Assembly (NCBI RefSeq): GCF_030384885.1
Contig: NZ_CP128613.1
Origin: Escherichia coli
GTDB lineage: Bacteria > Pseudomonadota > Gammaproteobacteria > Enterobacterales > Enterobacteriaceae
Length of the DNA stretch: 64,000 nt
Direction: 5' to 3' (one strand)
The notes beneath the pieces were generated by a model. That model saw only the letters and a list, made by a program, of their open reading frames with translations, had not been told where the DNA came from and made no database searches. Positions 43,853-55,731 of this stretch are shown here, one piece after another (within the stretch, counting starts at the first letter, position 1; the number at the start of each line of letters is the position of its first letter). The position numbers and the translations under genes are program-made.

Positions 43853-43860
43853 AACTTTCC

Positions 43861-44220
43861 TCACAGTTGACGGAAACGGCTACGTAACGTGAAAGTATCG
43901 GAAGTGACATAACGTTCCATCTCGCGTAAACGCGTTTCACTGGCCGCCAGTTCACGGTCGACATCATCCAGCAATTCGCTGCTGGAAGGTAGCTGCTCAC
44001 CAAAGGCCATGTTGTCCGGCATTGGATCAAGCGCAAATGACAAAATGATGTAAGCAACCAGGGTAAACAGCGCCAGACCGAAGAAAATCGACAGCACCAC
44101 CAGGATACGCACCAGTTTTACCGGTACATCAAAATAGTTGGCAATCCCGGCGCAGACGCCACGTACCATGCCCTGCTGTGGAATACGCCATAATTTTTTA
44201 TTGAGATTAATACCCGCCAT
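43861..44220 (-). CDS. pspC: Phage shock protein C
   Basis: 119-aa [33 protein letters not shown]... (PspC domain). Confidence 0.95.
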
Positions 44221-44444
44221 TAGCGATCCCTCCAGTTCGGATGTTCTGCATCAAGAATGGATTCCAGTGCCTGAATACGTTCGCGCATCCGTTTTGCTTC
44301 ATCAGCCAGTTGCGCTAATCGTTGCTGCTCACTTTGCGACAATTCACCGCGACCGGAACGATTGCTGTAATGCAGCCATAACCAGATCGGTAAAACAAAC
44401 AGCACAAAAATGGTTAACGGAATAGCCAGAAATAGCGCGCTCAT
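44220..44444 (-). CDS. pspB: Phage shock protein B
   Basis: 74-aa ORF, MSALFLAIPLTIFVLFVLPIWLWLHY.... Confidence 0.95.
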   Translation of the reverse strand: MSALFLAIPLTIFVLFVLPIWLWLHYSNRSGRGELSQSEQQRLAQLADEAKRMRERIQALESILDAEHPNWRDR

Positions 44445-44497
44445 AAGTACTCCTTAGACGATGAGCGGCGGCGCGTTCGGACGCCGCCTGGATGTTA

Positions 44498-45238
<741 letters not shown>

Positions 45239-45332
45239 TTATCTTTTTGATTTATAAAGATCTGATTGAAGAATCAACAGCAACATGCCAGGATGAGTTA
45301 GCGAATTACACTAACAAGTGGCGAATTTCATC

Positions 45333-46310
45333 ATGGCAGAATACAAAGATAATTTACTCGGTGAGGCGAACAGCTTTCTCGAAGTGCTGGAACAGGTTTC
45401 GCATCTCGCACCGCTGGACAAACCGGTGCTCATCATCGGCGAGCGCGGCACAGGTAAAGAGCTGATTGCCAGCCGTCTGCATTATCTCTCCTCCCGTTGG
45501 CAGGGGCCGTTTATTTCCCTTAACTGCGCGGCGTTAAATGAAAATCTGCTGGATTCCGAACTGTTTGGTCACGAAGCGGGCGCGTTTACCGGTGCGCAAA
45601 AACGTCATCCAGGGAGATTTGAACGTGCCGACGGCGGTACGCTATTTCTTGATGAACTCGCTACGGCACCGATGATGGTACAGGAGAAATTATTGCGCGT
45701 GATTGAGTACGGTGAACTGGAGCGCGTTGGCGGCAGCCAGCCATTGCAGGTGAATGTGCGGTTAGTATGCGCGACGAATGCCGATCTCCCCGCGATGGTC
45801 AATGAAGGTACTTTTCGCGCTGACCTGCTCGACCGGCTGGCTTTCGATGTAGTGCAACTGCCGCCCCTGCGCGAGCGCGAAAGCGACATTATGCTGATGG
45901 CAGAACACTTTGCCATTCAGATGTGTCGGGAAATCAAGCTGCCTCTGTTCCCGGGTTTTACGGAGCGCGCCAGAGAAACATTGCTGAATTATCGCTGGCC
46001 GGGAAATATTCGTGAATTGAAAAACGTGGTGGAACGTTCAGTGTATCGCCACGGCACCAGCGAGTATCCGCTGGATGAAATTATTATTGATCCCTTTAAA
46101 CGGCGTCCACCTGAAGAACCCATCGCCGTTCCAGAAAACACTTCACTTCCGACGCTGCCACTGGATTTACGTGAGTTTCAGATGCAGCAGGAAAAAGAGT
46201 TGCTGCAACTCAGTTTGCAACAAGGGAAATATAACCAGAAGCGCGCGGCTGAATTACTGGGGTTAACCTATCATCAGTTCCGCGCGTTGTTGAAAAAGCA
46301 CCAGATTTAG
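45333..46310 (+). CDS. pspF: Sigma-54 enhancer-binding activator PspF
   Basis: Trimmed to ATG 45333 (MAEYKDNLLGEANSFLEVLEQV...), 325 aa. It has Walker A GERGTGKE, the GAFTGA loop (HEAGAFTGA) and a C-terminal HTH. Confidence 0.95.
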   Translation: MAEYKDNLLGEANSFLEVLEQVSHLAPLDKPVLIIGERGTGKELIASRLHYLSSRWQGPFISLNCAALNENLLDSELFGHEAGAFTGAQKRHPGRFERADGGTLFLDELATAPMMVQEKLLRVIEYGELERVGGSQPLQVNVRLVCATNADLPAMVNEGTFRADLLDRLAFDVVQLPPLRERESDIMLMAEHFAIQMCREIKLPLFPGFTERARETLLNYRWPGNIRELKNVVERSVYRHGTSEYPLDEIIIDPFKRRPPEEPIAVPENTSLPTLPLDLREFQMQQEKELLQLSLQQGKYNQKRAAELLGLTYHQFRALLKKHQI

Positions 46311-46330
46311 CGAAGTTGGGCAATACAACT

Positions 46331-46412
46331 TGCCGGATGCGGCGTGAACGCCTTATCCGGCATACATAATCAATACGTCGTTTGCAGGCCTGATAAGCGC
46401 AGCGCATCAGAC
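46331..46412. repeat. REP/BIME cluster between pspF and puuE
   Basis: Contains tgccggatgcggcgtgaacgccttatccggcatac and aggcctgataagcgcagcgcatcagac. Confidence 0.85.
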
Positions 46413-46429
46413 ATTATTGCGTTGGGCTA

Positions 46430-47695
46430 TTAATCGCTCAGCGCATCCTGCAATATTTTCATTGCCGCATCGAATTGCGCATCCGGGATGGTCAGCGGAT
46501 ACAGGAAGCGAATCACGTTGCCGTATGCGCCACAGGTCAGCAGGAGCAGCCCCTGCGCCAGCGCGCGTTGCTGGATTTTCTGTGCAATCGCCGCTGACGG
46601 CTCGCCCGTTTGCGGATCGTTAAACTCTGCCGCAATCATCGACCCCAGACCGCGTACCGCCGCGATGGCCGGAACGCTTTCTTTGGCATCAATCAACGTA
46701 TTTGTCAGACGCTGGCCCAGTTGATTAGCGCGTTCGCAAAGGGATTCTTTGTCGATAATGTTGAGCACCGCGTGCGCGGCAGCCACCGCCAGCGGGTTCC
46801 CGGCGTAGGTACCACCAAGCCCGCCCGGCGCGGGCGCGTCCATGATATTCGCGTTACCGACCACGCCCGAAAGCGGCATCCCGCCCGCGAGGCTTTTCGC
46901 CATCGTCATTAAGTCCGGCTTATCGGCGTAGTGATCCATGGCAAACAGTTTACCGGTACGCGCAAAGCCGCTTTGCACTTCATCGGCAATCATCACAATA
47001 CCGTGCTCGTCGCACAGGCGGCGAATGGCGGCAACCAGCTCTTTTGGCGCAACGTTGAAACCGCCTTCGCCCTGCACCGGTTCGAAAATAATCGCCGCCA
47101 CCTGCTTCGCTTCAATGTCCGATTTAAACAAGCGTTCGATGGCATCGAGGGAGTCCTGCGTTGAAACGCCATGTAAATCTGACGGATAAGGTACGTGATA
47201 CACCGAACCGGGGAACGGGCCGAAGCCGATTTTGTACGGCGCGACCTTTCCGGTCAGCGCCATGGTCATATATGTACGACCGTGGAAGCCGCCGCTAAAC
47301 GCAATCACGCCAGGGCGTCCGGTATGGGCGCGGGCGATTTTCACCGCGTTCTCCACCGCTTCCGCACCGGTGGTGAAGAACGCAGTTTTAGCCTGCCCGC
47401 TCACCGGGGCAAGGGCGTTGATTTTCTCCGCCAGGGTGACGTAGCTTTCGTACGGCACAATCTGATACGCCGTGTGGGTAAACTGTTGCAATTGCTGCTC
47501 CACCGCCGCGACCAGATCAGGGTGGCGATGCCCGGTATTCAGCACCGCAATGCCTGCGGCGAAATCGATATATTCGTTGCCCTCTACATCCTTCAGCGTG
47601 GCGTTTTCTGCCGACTGGGCGAAGAAGTTACACATCACGCCAACCCCGCGTGGGGTAGCAGAAAGACGACGCTGATGGAATTCATTGTTGCTCAT
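46430..47695 (-). CDS. puuE: 4-Aminobutyrate aminotransferase PuuE (class III PLP)
   Basis: 421-aa ORF, MSNNEFHQRRLSATPRGVGVM.... Confidence 0.95.
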   Translation of the reverse strand: MSNNEFHQRRLSATPRGVGVMCNFFAQSAENATLKDVEGNEYIDFAAGIAVLNTGHRHPDLVAAVEQQLQQFTHTAYQIVPYESYVTLAEKINALAPVSGQAKTAFFTTGAEAVENAVKIARAHTGRPGVIAFSGGFHGRTYMTMALTGKVAPYKIGFGPFPGSVYHVPYPSDLHGVSTQDSLDAIERLFKSDIEAKQVAAIIFEPVQGEGGFNVAPKELVAAIRRLCDEHGIVMIADEVQSGFARTGKLFAMDHYADKPDLMTMAKSLAGGMPLSGVVGNANIMDAPAPGGLGGTYAGNPLAVAAAHAVLNIIDKESLCERANQLGQRLTNTLIDAKESVPAIAAVRGLGSMIAAEFNDPQTGEPSAAIAQKIQQRALAQGLLLLTCGAYGNVIRFLYPLTIPDAQFDAAMKILQDALSD

Positions 47696-47732
47696 GTTTC
47701 ACACCTTTTGACTCTTCACTGTTAATCGGAAA

Positions 47733-49013
47733 TTAAACGCCCAGACGATCGCGCAAGCTGTAATAAGCCGCGCCCATCGCGGTAAATGGCACGCGCAGCG
47801 TGCGCCCGCCGGGGAACGGGTAATGCGGCAGATTGGCGAAGGCGTCGAAGCGTTCGGCGTCACCGCGCAGCAGTTCAGCAATCAAACGCCCGGCAAGATG
47901 GGTACAGGTGACGCCGTGGCCGCTGTAACCCTGCATGTAATAGATGTTGGTATCAAGGCGACCGAACTGCGGCATGCGCGACAAGGTCAGCAGGAAGTTG
48001 CCCGTCCAGCGGTAATCAATTTTCACGCCCTTCAGCTGCGGGAAGGTCTTCAGCAGTTTCGGCACAACAAGACGCTCAACGTCATCCGGGTCGCGCGCGC
48101 CGTAGACCACGCCGCCACCGTACAGCAGGCGGTTATCGGCAGTCAGGCGGTAGTAATCAAGAAGATAGTTACAGTCTTCCACACAGTAGTTTTTCGGGAT
48201 CAGCGAACGGGCTAAATCTTCCGACAGCCGCTCGGTGGTGATCACCTGCGTGCCGCACGGCATGCTGCGTTTCGCCAGTTCCGGCTCTACTTTATCGCCC
48301 AGATACGCATTCCCGGCGACAATCACATACTTCGCCGTCACCTGACCATTGGCAGTCCGCACCACGGCTGGCGTGGTGTGCTGGATCTGCGTCACGGCGG
48401 AAAGCTCATACACGCGCCCGCCGTTCAGGCGAATGGCATCGGCTTCACCAATGGCGAGGTTTAGCGGATGAATATGCCCACCGCTGTGATCCAGCAGCGC
48501 ACCAGTGTAGCGATCGCTGGCGACCTCGCGGCGAATAGCGTTGGCGTCCAGCAGCTCCAGCTGTTTATTGCCGTAGCGTTCCCAGTTCTCTTTCTGCTCT
48601 TCGAGTGTGGCGAGTTGTTTATCATTCATCGCCACAAACAGGCCGCCGGGGCGATAGTCGCAGTCAATCTGATAACGTTTGATACGTTCGCGGATGATCT
48701 CGCCACCCTCGAACATCATGCTGCCGAGCATACGGGCGGTATCCATGCCGTAGCTTTTTTCGATAACGTCGATGTCGCGGCTGTAGGAGTTCACAAGCTG
48801 CCCGCCGTTGCGTCCGCTTGCGCCGAAGCCGATGCGTGAGGCTTCAAGAACCACCACATCAAAGCCCGCTTCCGCCAGATGCAGCGCGGAGGAAAGCCCG
48901 GTATAGCCGCCGCCGACCACGCAAACGTCGCAGGAAATCGACTCATTCAGCGTGTCGAATGGCGCGTATTTATTCGCACTGGCGGCGTAATAACTGCTGG
49001 TATGTTCGGTCAT
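47733..49013 (-). CDS. puuB: Gamma-glutamylputrescine oxidase PuuB (FAD)
   Basis: 426-aa ORF with the dinucleotide fold CVVGGGYTG. Confidence 0.95.
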   Translation of the reverse strand: MTEHTSSYYAASANKYAPFDTLNESISCDVCVVGGGYTGLSSALHLAEAGFDVVVLEASRIGFGASGRNGGQLVNSYSRDIDVIEKSYGMDTARMLGSMMFEGGEIIRERIKRYQIDCDYRPGGLFVAMNDKQLATLEEQKENWERYGNKQLELLDANAIRREVASDRYTGALLDHSGGHIHPLNLAIGEADAIRLNGGRVYELSAVTQIQHTTPAVVRTANGQVTAKYVIVAGNAYLGDKVEPELAKRSMPCGTQVITTERLSEDLARSLIPKNYCVEDCNYLLDYYRLTADNRLLYGGGVVYGARDPDDVERLVVPKLLKTFPQLKGVKIDYRWTGNFLLTLSRMPQFGRLDTNIYYMQGYSGHGVTCTHLAGRLIAELLRGDAERFDAFANLPHYPFPGGRTLRVPFTAMGAAYYSLRDRLGV

Positions 49014-49014
49014 T

Positions 49015-50502
49015 TCAGGCCTCCAGGCTTATCCAGATGGTTTTCAGTTCGGTGAATTTTTCAAGGGCGTGCAGGGATTTGTCGCGACCGTTGCCGCTCT
49101 GCTTATAGCCGCCAAACGGCACGGTCATATCACCGTCGTTGTAGTTATTGACGAAGACGGAACCGGCTTTCAGGCGGCGACTCATGCGGTGCGCGCGGGA
49201 GAGGTCGCGTGTCCATACCGCCGCGCCAAGTCCGTACTGGCTGTCGTTGGCAAGCTGTAGCGCCTGCTCTTCTGCTGTGAAACGCGTGACCACCAGCACC
49301 GGGCCGAAAATCTCTTCGCGACTTAAGGACGCATTCGGGTCCACATCCACAAAGATGGTCGGGCCGATGGCCGCAGCCAGCTCGGCGTTACGGCCATCCA
49401 GCAGCAGTTGCCCTTTGCTTTCGCCTTCCCGAATAAAGCTATGCACCGAGTCAGCGTGGGCGCAGTCGATTAAGGTGCCCATGGTGGTCGCGGGATCAAG
49501 CGGATGCCCCGGCTGCCAGTTTTGCGCCTGCTGTTTTAACAGGTCTAAGAATTCATCGGCGATGCTATCTTCCAGCAACAAACGCGTTCCGGCGATGCAC
49601 ACCTGGCCCTGGTTATAAAAGATGCCCGCGGCGGTGGCACTCGCTGCCTGTTGCAGATCCGGGCAGTCGGCGAAAACGATGTTGGCGCTTTTGCCGCCCG
49701 CTTCCAGCCAGACGCGTTTCATGTTGCTGTCGCCTGCATCTTTCAGCAGTTGTTTCCCGGTGCGGGTCGAGCCGGTAAAGGCGATAACGTCGATATCGTT
49801 ATGACGCGACAGCGCCTGGCCCGCTTCATGACCAAAACCCGTCACCACGTTCAGCACACCATCCGGCAGACCTGCTTCTTTCGCCAGCCCGGCGAGACGA
49901 ATCGCGCTAAGCGGTGATTTTTCAGACGGTTTTAGAATCACGCTGTTTCCCGCCGCCAGCGCCGGGCCGAGTTTCCAGCAAGTCAGCAGCAGCGGGAAGT
50001 TCCACGGCACGATGGCGGCAATCACGCCGACCGGTTCACGCACGATCATCGCCAGCTCATGGCTACTGGTGGTCGCCACTTCGCCATACACTTTGTCGAT
50101 GGCTTCGGCGTACCAGCGAATGGCGCGCGCCGCGCCGGGAATATCATCACGCAGGCTGTGACAAATTGGTTTGCCGGTGTCGAGCGTTTCCAGCAGCGCC
50201 AGCTCTTCGGCGTGGGCTTCCATTAAATCGGCGAGTTTATTCAGTACCGCTTTACGTTTTGCCGGAGAAGAGTGTGACCAGTCGCCGCGTTCAAATACGC
50301 CGCGTGCTGCGCTCACCGCACGGTCGATATCGACGCTCTTGCCGCGGGCAATTTTCGCCAGCGGTGCCTGGGTGACCGGATCAACGGTTTCAAAAGTTTC
50401 ATTTTCCGCCGCAGCAGTATATTCACCGTTAATAAATAAGCGGGTTTCAATGGCGAGACTTAACGCTTTATCCTGCCAGTAAGCCAGATGATGAAAATTC
50501 AT
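49015..50502 (-). CDS. puuC: Gamma-glutamyl-gamma-aminobutyraldehyde dehydrogenase PuuC
   Basis: Trimmed to ATG 50502, which is preceded by AGGAG (MNFHHLAYWQDKALSLAIE...), 495 aa. It is an aldehyde dehydrogenase with a catalytic Cys context QGQVCIAG. Confidence 0.93.
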   Translation of the reverse strand: MNFHHLAYWQDKALSLAIETRLFINGEYTAAAENETFETVDPVTQAPLAKIARGKSVDIDRAVSAARGVFERGDWSHSSPAKRKAVLNKLADLMEAHAEELALLETLDTGKPICHSLRDDIPGAARAIRWYAEAIDKVYGEVATTSSHELAMIVREPVGVIAAIVPWNFPLLLTCWKLGPALAAGNSVILKPSEKSPLSAIRLAGLAKEAGLPDGVLNVVTGFGHEAGQALSRHNDIDVIAFTGSTRTGKQLLKDAGDSNMKRVWLEAGGKSANIVFADCPDLQQAASATAAGIFYNQGQVCIAGTRLLLEDSIADEFLDLLKQQAQNWQPGHPLDPATTMGTLIDCAHADSVHSFIREGESKGQLLLDGRNAELAAAIGPTIFVDVDPNASLSREEIFGPVLVVTRFTAEEQALQLANDSQYGLGAAVWTRDLSRAHRMSRRLKAGSVFVNNYNDGDMTVPFGGYKQSGNGRDKSLHALEKFTELKTIWISLEA

Positions 50503-50651
50503 TATGACTCCTGTTTCACGTGTATCAGATATATGCAGTTTGTGAACGTCAGGGCGCAGAGATCCCCGGGCCGCATGCCCGTTTATTTCTGGCGACATTC
50601 TTTATGGATTGCCGGGCGCATTGCGCTTACCCGGCTTACAGAACAAAAAGA

Positions 50652-51209
50652 TTAAAACGTGGTGGGCGTATGGGCGCTGATAATTCGGCAAATACCTGCC
50701 GACGTATTACTGAAACTGTGCGGGATGCCGGTATTAATGGCATAACTTTGCCCCGCGACGAGGTGGTAATCCTGACCATTAATCGTCAGAACAATTTCAC
50801 CTTCCAGTACAGTGCCTATTTCCTCACCCTGATGCTTAATTCTTTCCCCAGTGGTTGTACCCGGCTGGTAAGTTTCAAAGATCATCGCCAGCGTGCGATT
50901 CGGGTTACCGTTATGAACCAGCTTCATTGACACACCCTGACTGCCCATCTCAATTAAGTCGTCCTGATTAATGACGACCTGTGGCTCATCAGGTTTTTCC
51001 GGCTCGGAAAAGAATTCCGAGAGTGACAGACCATACACCTTCAGCAGCTTTTGCAGCGTACTGATGGCAGGGCTGACTTTATCTTGTTCTATCGTACTGA
51101 TAGCACTGTGAGTCAGCCCGGAGAGTTCGGCGGCACGACGTTGTGAAAGCCCCTGCTGCTGGCGGATTTCCGACAAGCGTTTTCCTGGCGCCAGTCCCTC
51201 ATCACTCAT
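50652..51209 (-). CDS. puuR: Putrescine-utilisation repressor PuuR (XRE HTH + cupin)
   Basis: 185-aa ORF with the HTH QGLSQRRAAELSGLTHSAISTIEQ. Confidence 0.95.
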   Translation of the reverse strand: MSDEGLAPGKRLSEIRQQQGLSQRRAAELSGLTHSAISTIEQDKVSPAISTLQKLLKVYGLSLSEFFSEPEKPDEPQVVINQDDLIEMGSQGVSMKLVHNGNPNRTLAMIFETYQPGTTTGERIKHQGEEIGTVLEGEIVLTINGQDYHLVAGQSYAINTGIPHSFSNTSAGICRIISAHTPTTF

Positions 51210-51235
51210 ATTTGCATTTCCTTAAACTGTAGTGG

Positions 51236-52000
51236 TCAGAGTCGCTGTTTTTCAGCGATATGGTGCTGACAAGCGGTGATAAAGCCCTCGAACAATATAC
51301 GCGAAAGCGCGTACTCGCTACTGTTCCATTCCGGGTGCCACTGTACGCCCAGCGCAAAAGGATGATTGATGACGCTAACCGCCTCAACTAAGCCATCCGG
51401 TGAGCGAGCTTCAACACGCAACCGTGGGCTAACGACCTTCGCCCCTTGTCCATGCAGAGAGTTTACCCAAAAGTTGCTACATTCAGGTAACAACGCAGAC
51501 AGCAATCCCCCCTCTTCAACCTGAACTTCATGCGACGGTGCATATTGCTGTTCCACCGGCAGTTCGGGATCTTCCCGATGTTCCAGCAATTCAGGCTGTT
51601 CGCACAGCTTGCGATGCAACGAACCACCGGTTGCCACCACCAGTTCCTGTAAACCCCGGCAGATGGCGAAAATGGGGATGCGCCTTTCGAGTGCGGCATT
51701 AATTAACGCCATGCTCAGAAGATCACGCCCGGGATCGGCGTCAGGCTCATCGCCGTTTTCACCATATAGGTGCGGCTGCACATTGCTGGGACTACCAGGA
51801 AGATAAATACCATCGAGTTTCGGCAAAAGTTGTTCAAGTAATGACGGTTCCGCCAGCGCATGTGGCAGCGCAATTGGCAAGCCGCCTGCGTGGATGATGG
51901 CATTCAGGTACTTTTCTTGCAGAGTCTGGGTCGCATGACCCTTAAGCCTGTTCCTGCACATTACGACACCGATAACCGGATTGTTCATTATATTTTCCAT
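51236..52000 (-). CDS. puuD: Gamma-glutamyl-GABA hydrolase PuuD (class I glutamine amidotransferase-like)
   Basis: Trimmed to ATG 52000 (MENIMNNPVIGVVMCRNRL...), 254 aa. The nucleophile context is FAICRGLQ. Confidence 0.93.
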   Translation of the reverse strand: MENIMNNPVIGVVMCRNRLKGHATQTLQEKYLNAIIHAGGLPIALPHALAEPSLLEQLLPKLDGIYLPGSPSNVQPHLYGENGDEPDADPGRDLLSMALINAALERRIPIFAICRGLQELVVATGGSLHRKLCEQPELLEHREDPELPVEQQYAPSHEVQVEEGGLLSALLPECSNFWVNSLHGQGAKVVSPRLRVEARSPDGLVEAVSVINHPFALGVQWHPEWNSSEYALSRILFEGFITACQHHIAEKQRL

Positions 52001-52211
52001 GCTCAATCTCACAAAGTGGACTAAATTATCGCCATTACTGCGCTTTAAATGACCTTTATGTTCAATATTTTTTCAATCTAGCAGCGAGTTTTCATTTTTG
52101 CAAACTCAATTTAACATTTGACAAACATTTAGTTTGCATACAGATTCGAATGGTGGTCATTATATTTTACGCTTTGATAACGAGCGGAAAACAAACCAAA
52201 GGCGAAGAATT

Positions 52212-53630
52212 ATGGAAACCAATATCGTTGAAGTAGAGAACTTTGTTCAGCAGTCAGAAGAGAGGCGGGGTAGCGCCTTTACGCAGGAAGTGAAACGCTA
52301 CCTGGAGCGCTACCCGAATACGCAATATGTTGATGTTTTACTTACCGATTTGAATGGTTGTTTTCGTGGAAAACGTATTCCTGTTTCAAGCCTGAAGAAG
52401 CTCGAGAAAGGGTGTTATTTCCCGGCCTCGGTGTTTGCAATGGATATTCTGGGCAACGTAGTAGAAGAAGCGGGTCTGGGTCAGGAAATGGGCGAGCCGG
52501 ATCGTACCTGTGTTCCTATTCTCGGTTCCTTAACCCCATCTGCCGCCGATCCAGAGTTTATCGGTCAGATGCTCCTGACCATGGTCGATGAAGATGGCGC
52601 TCCCTTTGACGTTGAGCCGCGGAACGTTCTTAACCGCCTGTGGCAGCAGCTGCGCCAGCGCGGATTGTTCCCGGTTGTAGCGGTAGAGCTGGAGTTCTAT
52701 TTACTGGATCGCCAGCGCGACGCTGAAGGGTATCTGCAACCGCCCTGCGCGCCCGGCACCGATGACCGCAATACACAAAGTCAGGTTTACTCAGTTGATA
52801 ACCTCAACCACTTCGCCGACGTGCTCAATGATATTGATGAGCTGGCGCAGTTACAGCTGATTCCGGCAGATGGCGCGGTCGCCGAGGCCTCGCCAGGTCA
52901 GTTTGAAATCAATCTTTACCATACCGATAACGTGCTGGAAGCTTGCGATGATGCGCTGGCACTAAAACGCCTGGTGCGTCTGATGGCAGAAAAGCATAAG
53001 ATGCACGCCACTTTTATGGCGAAGCCGTATGAAGAGCACGCGGGCAGCGGGATGCATATCCATATCAGTATGCAAAATAATCGTGGCGAGAACGTGCTTT
53101 CTGACGCGGAAGGCGAAGATTCGCCGCTGCTGAAAAAGATGCTCGCCGGGATGATTGACCTGATGCCGTCATCAATGGCGTTGCTGGCACCAAACGTGAA
53201 CTCGTATCGCCGCTTCCAGCCGGGGATGTATGTACCGACGCAGGCGTCGTGGGGCCATAACAACCGCACCGTCGCCCTGCGCATTCCCTGCGGCGATCGC
53301 CATAATCACCGCGTGGAATATCGCGTGGCGGGTGCCGATGCCAACCCGTATTTGGTGATGGCAGCGATTTTTGCCGGTATTTTGCATGGCCTTGATAACG
53401 AACTGCCATTACAGGAAGAAGTCGAAGGCAACGGGCTGGAACAGGAAGGCTTACCCTTCCCGATTCGCCAGAGCGATGCCCTGGGTGAGTTTATCGAGAA
53501 TGATCACCTGCGCCGCTATTTAGGCGAACGCTTCTGCCATGTCTATCACGCCTGTAAAAATGATGAGCTGTTGCAGTTTGAGCGCCTCATCACAGAAACA
53601 GAAATTGAGTGGATGTTGAAAAACGCGTAA
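52212..53630 (+). CDS. puuA: Glutamate-putrescine ligase PuuA (glutamine synthetase family)
   Basis: Trimmed to ATG 52212 (METNIVEVENFVQQSEERRG...), 472 aa. Confidence 0.93.
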   Translation: METNIVEVENFVQQSEERRGSAFTQEVKRYLERYPNTQYVDVLLTDLNGCFRGKRIPVSSLKKLEKGCYFPASVFAMDILGNVVEEAGLGQEMGEPDRTCVPILGSLTPSAADPEFIGQMLLTMVDEDGAPFDVEPRNVLNRLWQQLRQRGLFPVVAVELEFYLLDRQRDAEGYLQPPCAPGTDDRNTQSQVYSVDNLNHFADVLNDIDELAQLQLIPADGAVAEASPGQFEINLYHTDNVLEACDDALALKRLVRLMAEKHKMHATFMAKPYEEHAGSGMHIHISMQNNRGENVLSDAEGEDSPLLKKMLAGMIDLMPSSMALLAPNVNSYRRFQPGMYVPTQASWGHNNRTVALRIPCGDRHNHRVEYRVAGADANPYLVMAAIFAGILHGLDNELPLQEEVEGNGLEQEGLPFPIRQSDALGEFIENDHLRRYLGERFCHVYHACKNDELLQFERLITETEIEWMLKNA

Positions 53631-53932
53631 TACCCCTTGCGGGGTTGTTTCAGCGGCCTGAGCGGAGCCAGGCCTGACATTTGCTGGTAATCCAGACATT
53701 TCCCGGATGTCGCGTTATGGAGCGCAGGCGGCAACGGGCTTCCGTTAACGATTAAGACTGTGACGAGGAAATGAGATGATGCCGATGATTAAATCCCCGC
53801 ATGGCGAGGGAGGCTGCGTATGCGCCCCTCCTGCGACTGACTGGACTCCGCCCCCTTTGCTTCCCTTGCTAAACAGGTTTGATTTCAGGTCGATACGACC
53901 GCAAACCTTATTACGCAGGGGAGGCAGCAATT

Positions 53933-55318
53933 ATGGCTATTAATTCACCACTGAATATTGCTGCGCAACCCGGCAAAACCCGTCTGCGAAAATCACTGAA
54001 ATTGTGGCAGGTGGTGATGATGGGTCTGGCCTATCTCACGCCGATGACTGTGTTCGATACCTTTGGCATTGTTTCCGGCATTAGCGACGGTCACGTTCCG
54101 GCGTCCTATTTGCTGGCGCTGGCGGGTGTGCTGTTTACCGCGATCAGCTACGGCAAACTGGTTCGCCAGTTTCCGGAGGCCGGTTCGGCCTATACCTACG
54201 CGCAAAAGTCGATTAACCCGCACGTCGGATTTATGGTCGGCTGGTCATCGCTGCTGGATTATCTCTTTTTGCCGATGATCAACGTTTTGTTGGCGAAAAT
54301 CTATCTCTCCGCCCTCTTCCCGGAAGTGCCGCCGTGGGTGTGGGTGGTAACCTTCGTCGCCATTTTAACCGCCGCGAATCTGAAGAGCGTCAACCTGGTG
54401 GCTAACTTCAATACCCTGTTTGTGCTGGTGCAGATTTCCATCATGTTGGTGTTTATCTTCCTGGTGGTTCAGGGGCTGCATAAAGGAGAAGGCGTTGGCA
54501 CCGTCTGGTCGCTTCAGCCGTTTATCAGCGAGAACGCACACCTGATCCCGATTATTACCGGGGCGACGATTGTCTGTTTCTCGTTCCTCGGTTTCGATGC
54601 GGTGACCACGCTTTCGGAAGAGACGCCGGACGCCGCACGCGTGATCCCGAAAGCCATCTTCCTGACGGCGGTATACGGCGGCGTTATCTTTATCGCGGCG
54701 TCGTTCTTTATGCAGCTGTTCTTCCCGGATATCAGCCGCTTTAAAGATCCGGACGCCGCACTGCCGGAAATCGCACTGTACGTTGGCGGCAAGTTGTTCC
54801 AGTCGATTTTCCTCTGCACGACGTTTGTGAACACGTTAGCGTCTGGCCTGGCGTCACATGCCAGCGTGTCGCGTCTGCTGTATGTGATGGGGCGCGACAA
54901 TGTGTTTCCGGAACGCGTGTTTGGCTATGTGCACCCGAAATGGCGGACTCCGGCACTGAATGTCATTATGGTCGGGATTGTCGCGTTGTCAGCGCTGTTC
55001 TTTGATTTAGTCACCGCGACAGCATTGATTAACTTCGGTGCTCTGGTGGCGTTTACCTTCGTTAACCTGTCGGTGTTTAATCATTTCTGGCGGCGTAAAG
55101 GAATGAATAAAAGCTGGAAGGATCACTTCCACTATTTGCTGATGCCGCTGGTTGGCGCGCTGACGGTGGGTGTGCTGTGGGTTAACCTCGAGTCAACGTC
55201 ACTGACACTCGGTCTGGTATGGGCTTCATTAGGCGGCGCATATTTGTGGTATCTGATCCGCCGCTATCGCAAAGTGCCGTTGTATGATGGTGACAGAACG
55301 CCGGTGAGCGAAACGTAA
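53933..55318 (+). CDS. puuP: Putrescine importer PuuP (APC superfamily)
   Basis: Trimmed to ATG 53933, which is preceded by GGGGAGG ([20 protein letters not shown]...), 461 aa. Polytopic membrane protein. Confidence 0.93.
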   Translation: MAINSPLNIAAQPGKTRLRKSLKLWQVVMMGLAYLTPMTVFDTFGIVSGISDGHVPASYLLALAGVLFTAISYGKLVRQFPEAGSAYTYAQKSINPHVGFMVGWSSLLDYLFLPMINVLLAKIYLSALFPEVPPWVWVVTFVAILTAANLKSVNLVANFNTLFVLVQISIMLVFIFLVVQGLHKGEGVGTVWSLQPFISENAHLIPIITGATIVCFSFLGFDAVTTLSEETPDAARVIPKAIFLTAVYGGVIFIAASFFMQLFFPDISRFKDPDAALPEIALYVGGKLFQSIFLCTTFVNTLASGLASHASVSRLLYVMGRDNVFPERVFGYVHPKWRTPALNVIMVGIVALSALFFDLVTATALINFGALVAFTFVNLSVFNHFWRRKGMNKSWKDHFHYLLMPLVGALTVGVLWVNLESTSLTLGLVWASLGGAYLWYLIRRYRKVPLYDGDRTPVSET

Positions 55319-55327
55319 TAGTCGGAT

Positions 55328-55366
55328 GCGCGGCGCATTATCCTGCCTGAGGGTAATGCGCCGCGC
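55328..55366 (+). terminator. Long hairpin after puuP
   Basis: 13-bp perfect stem gcgcggcgcatta/taatgcgccgcgc with a 13-nt loop. There is no clear T-run, so terminator efficiency is uncertain. Confidence 0.5.
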
Positions 55367-55451
55367 CATTAACTATAAAAAGATGTATGACCCGGATCAC
55401 GAGTGCTATCATCCGCCCTTATGCTTAGCGCATTAACCCCAGGGGCAAATA

Positions 55452-55697
55452 ATGAACCACGATATCCCGCTAAAATATTTTGATATTGCCGATGAGTACG
55501 CGACCGAATGCGCAGAGCCTGTCGCAGACGCAGAACGCACACCGCTGGCCCACTACTTCCAGTTACTGCTCACCCGTTTGATGAACAATGAAGAGATCAG
55601 CGAAGAAGCCCAACATGAAATGGCTGCTGAAGCGGGGATTAATCCCGTACGCATTGATGAGATCGCAGAGTTTTTGAATCAATGGGGTAATGAGTAA
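55452..55697 (+). CDS. ymjA: Small acidic protein YmjA (function unknown)
   Basis: 81-aa [26 protein letters not shown].... Recognised as YmjA. Confidence 0.88.
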   Translation: MNHDIPLKYFDIADEYATECAEPVADAERTPLAHYFQLLLTRLMNNEEISEEAQHEMAAEAGINPVRIDEIAEFLNQWGNE

Positions 55698-55731
55698 TTA
55701 TTTCATTGCAGACGCTCGGTCAGTATCGTTG

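Noticed and set aside
52001-52211. Possible PuuR operator sequences in the puuD-puuA divergent promoter (AT-rich repeats such as aatggtggtcattatatttt).
   Set aside because: I cannot recall the PuuR consensus precisely enough to place sites from sequence alone.
53776-53943. Possible 55-codon ORF (MMPMIKSPHGEGGCVCAPPATDW...) between puuA and puuP. It has GAGGAA 5 nt upstream and ends in a TAA that overlaps the puuP start.
   Set aside because: It is dense in rare codons (AGG, ATA, CGA, CTA) and I do not recognise the family. The region more likely serves as the puuA-puuP intercistronic or regulatory RNA. It is only worth revisiting with ribosome-profiling data.
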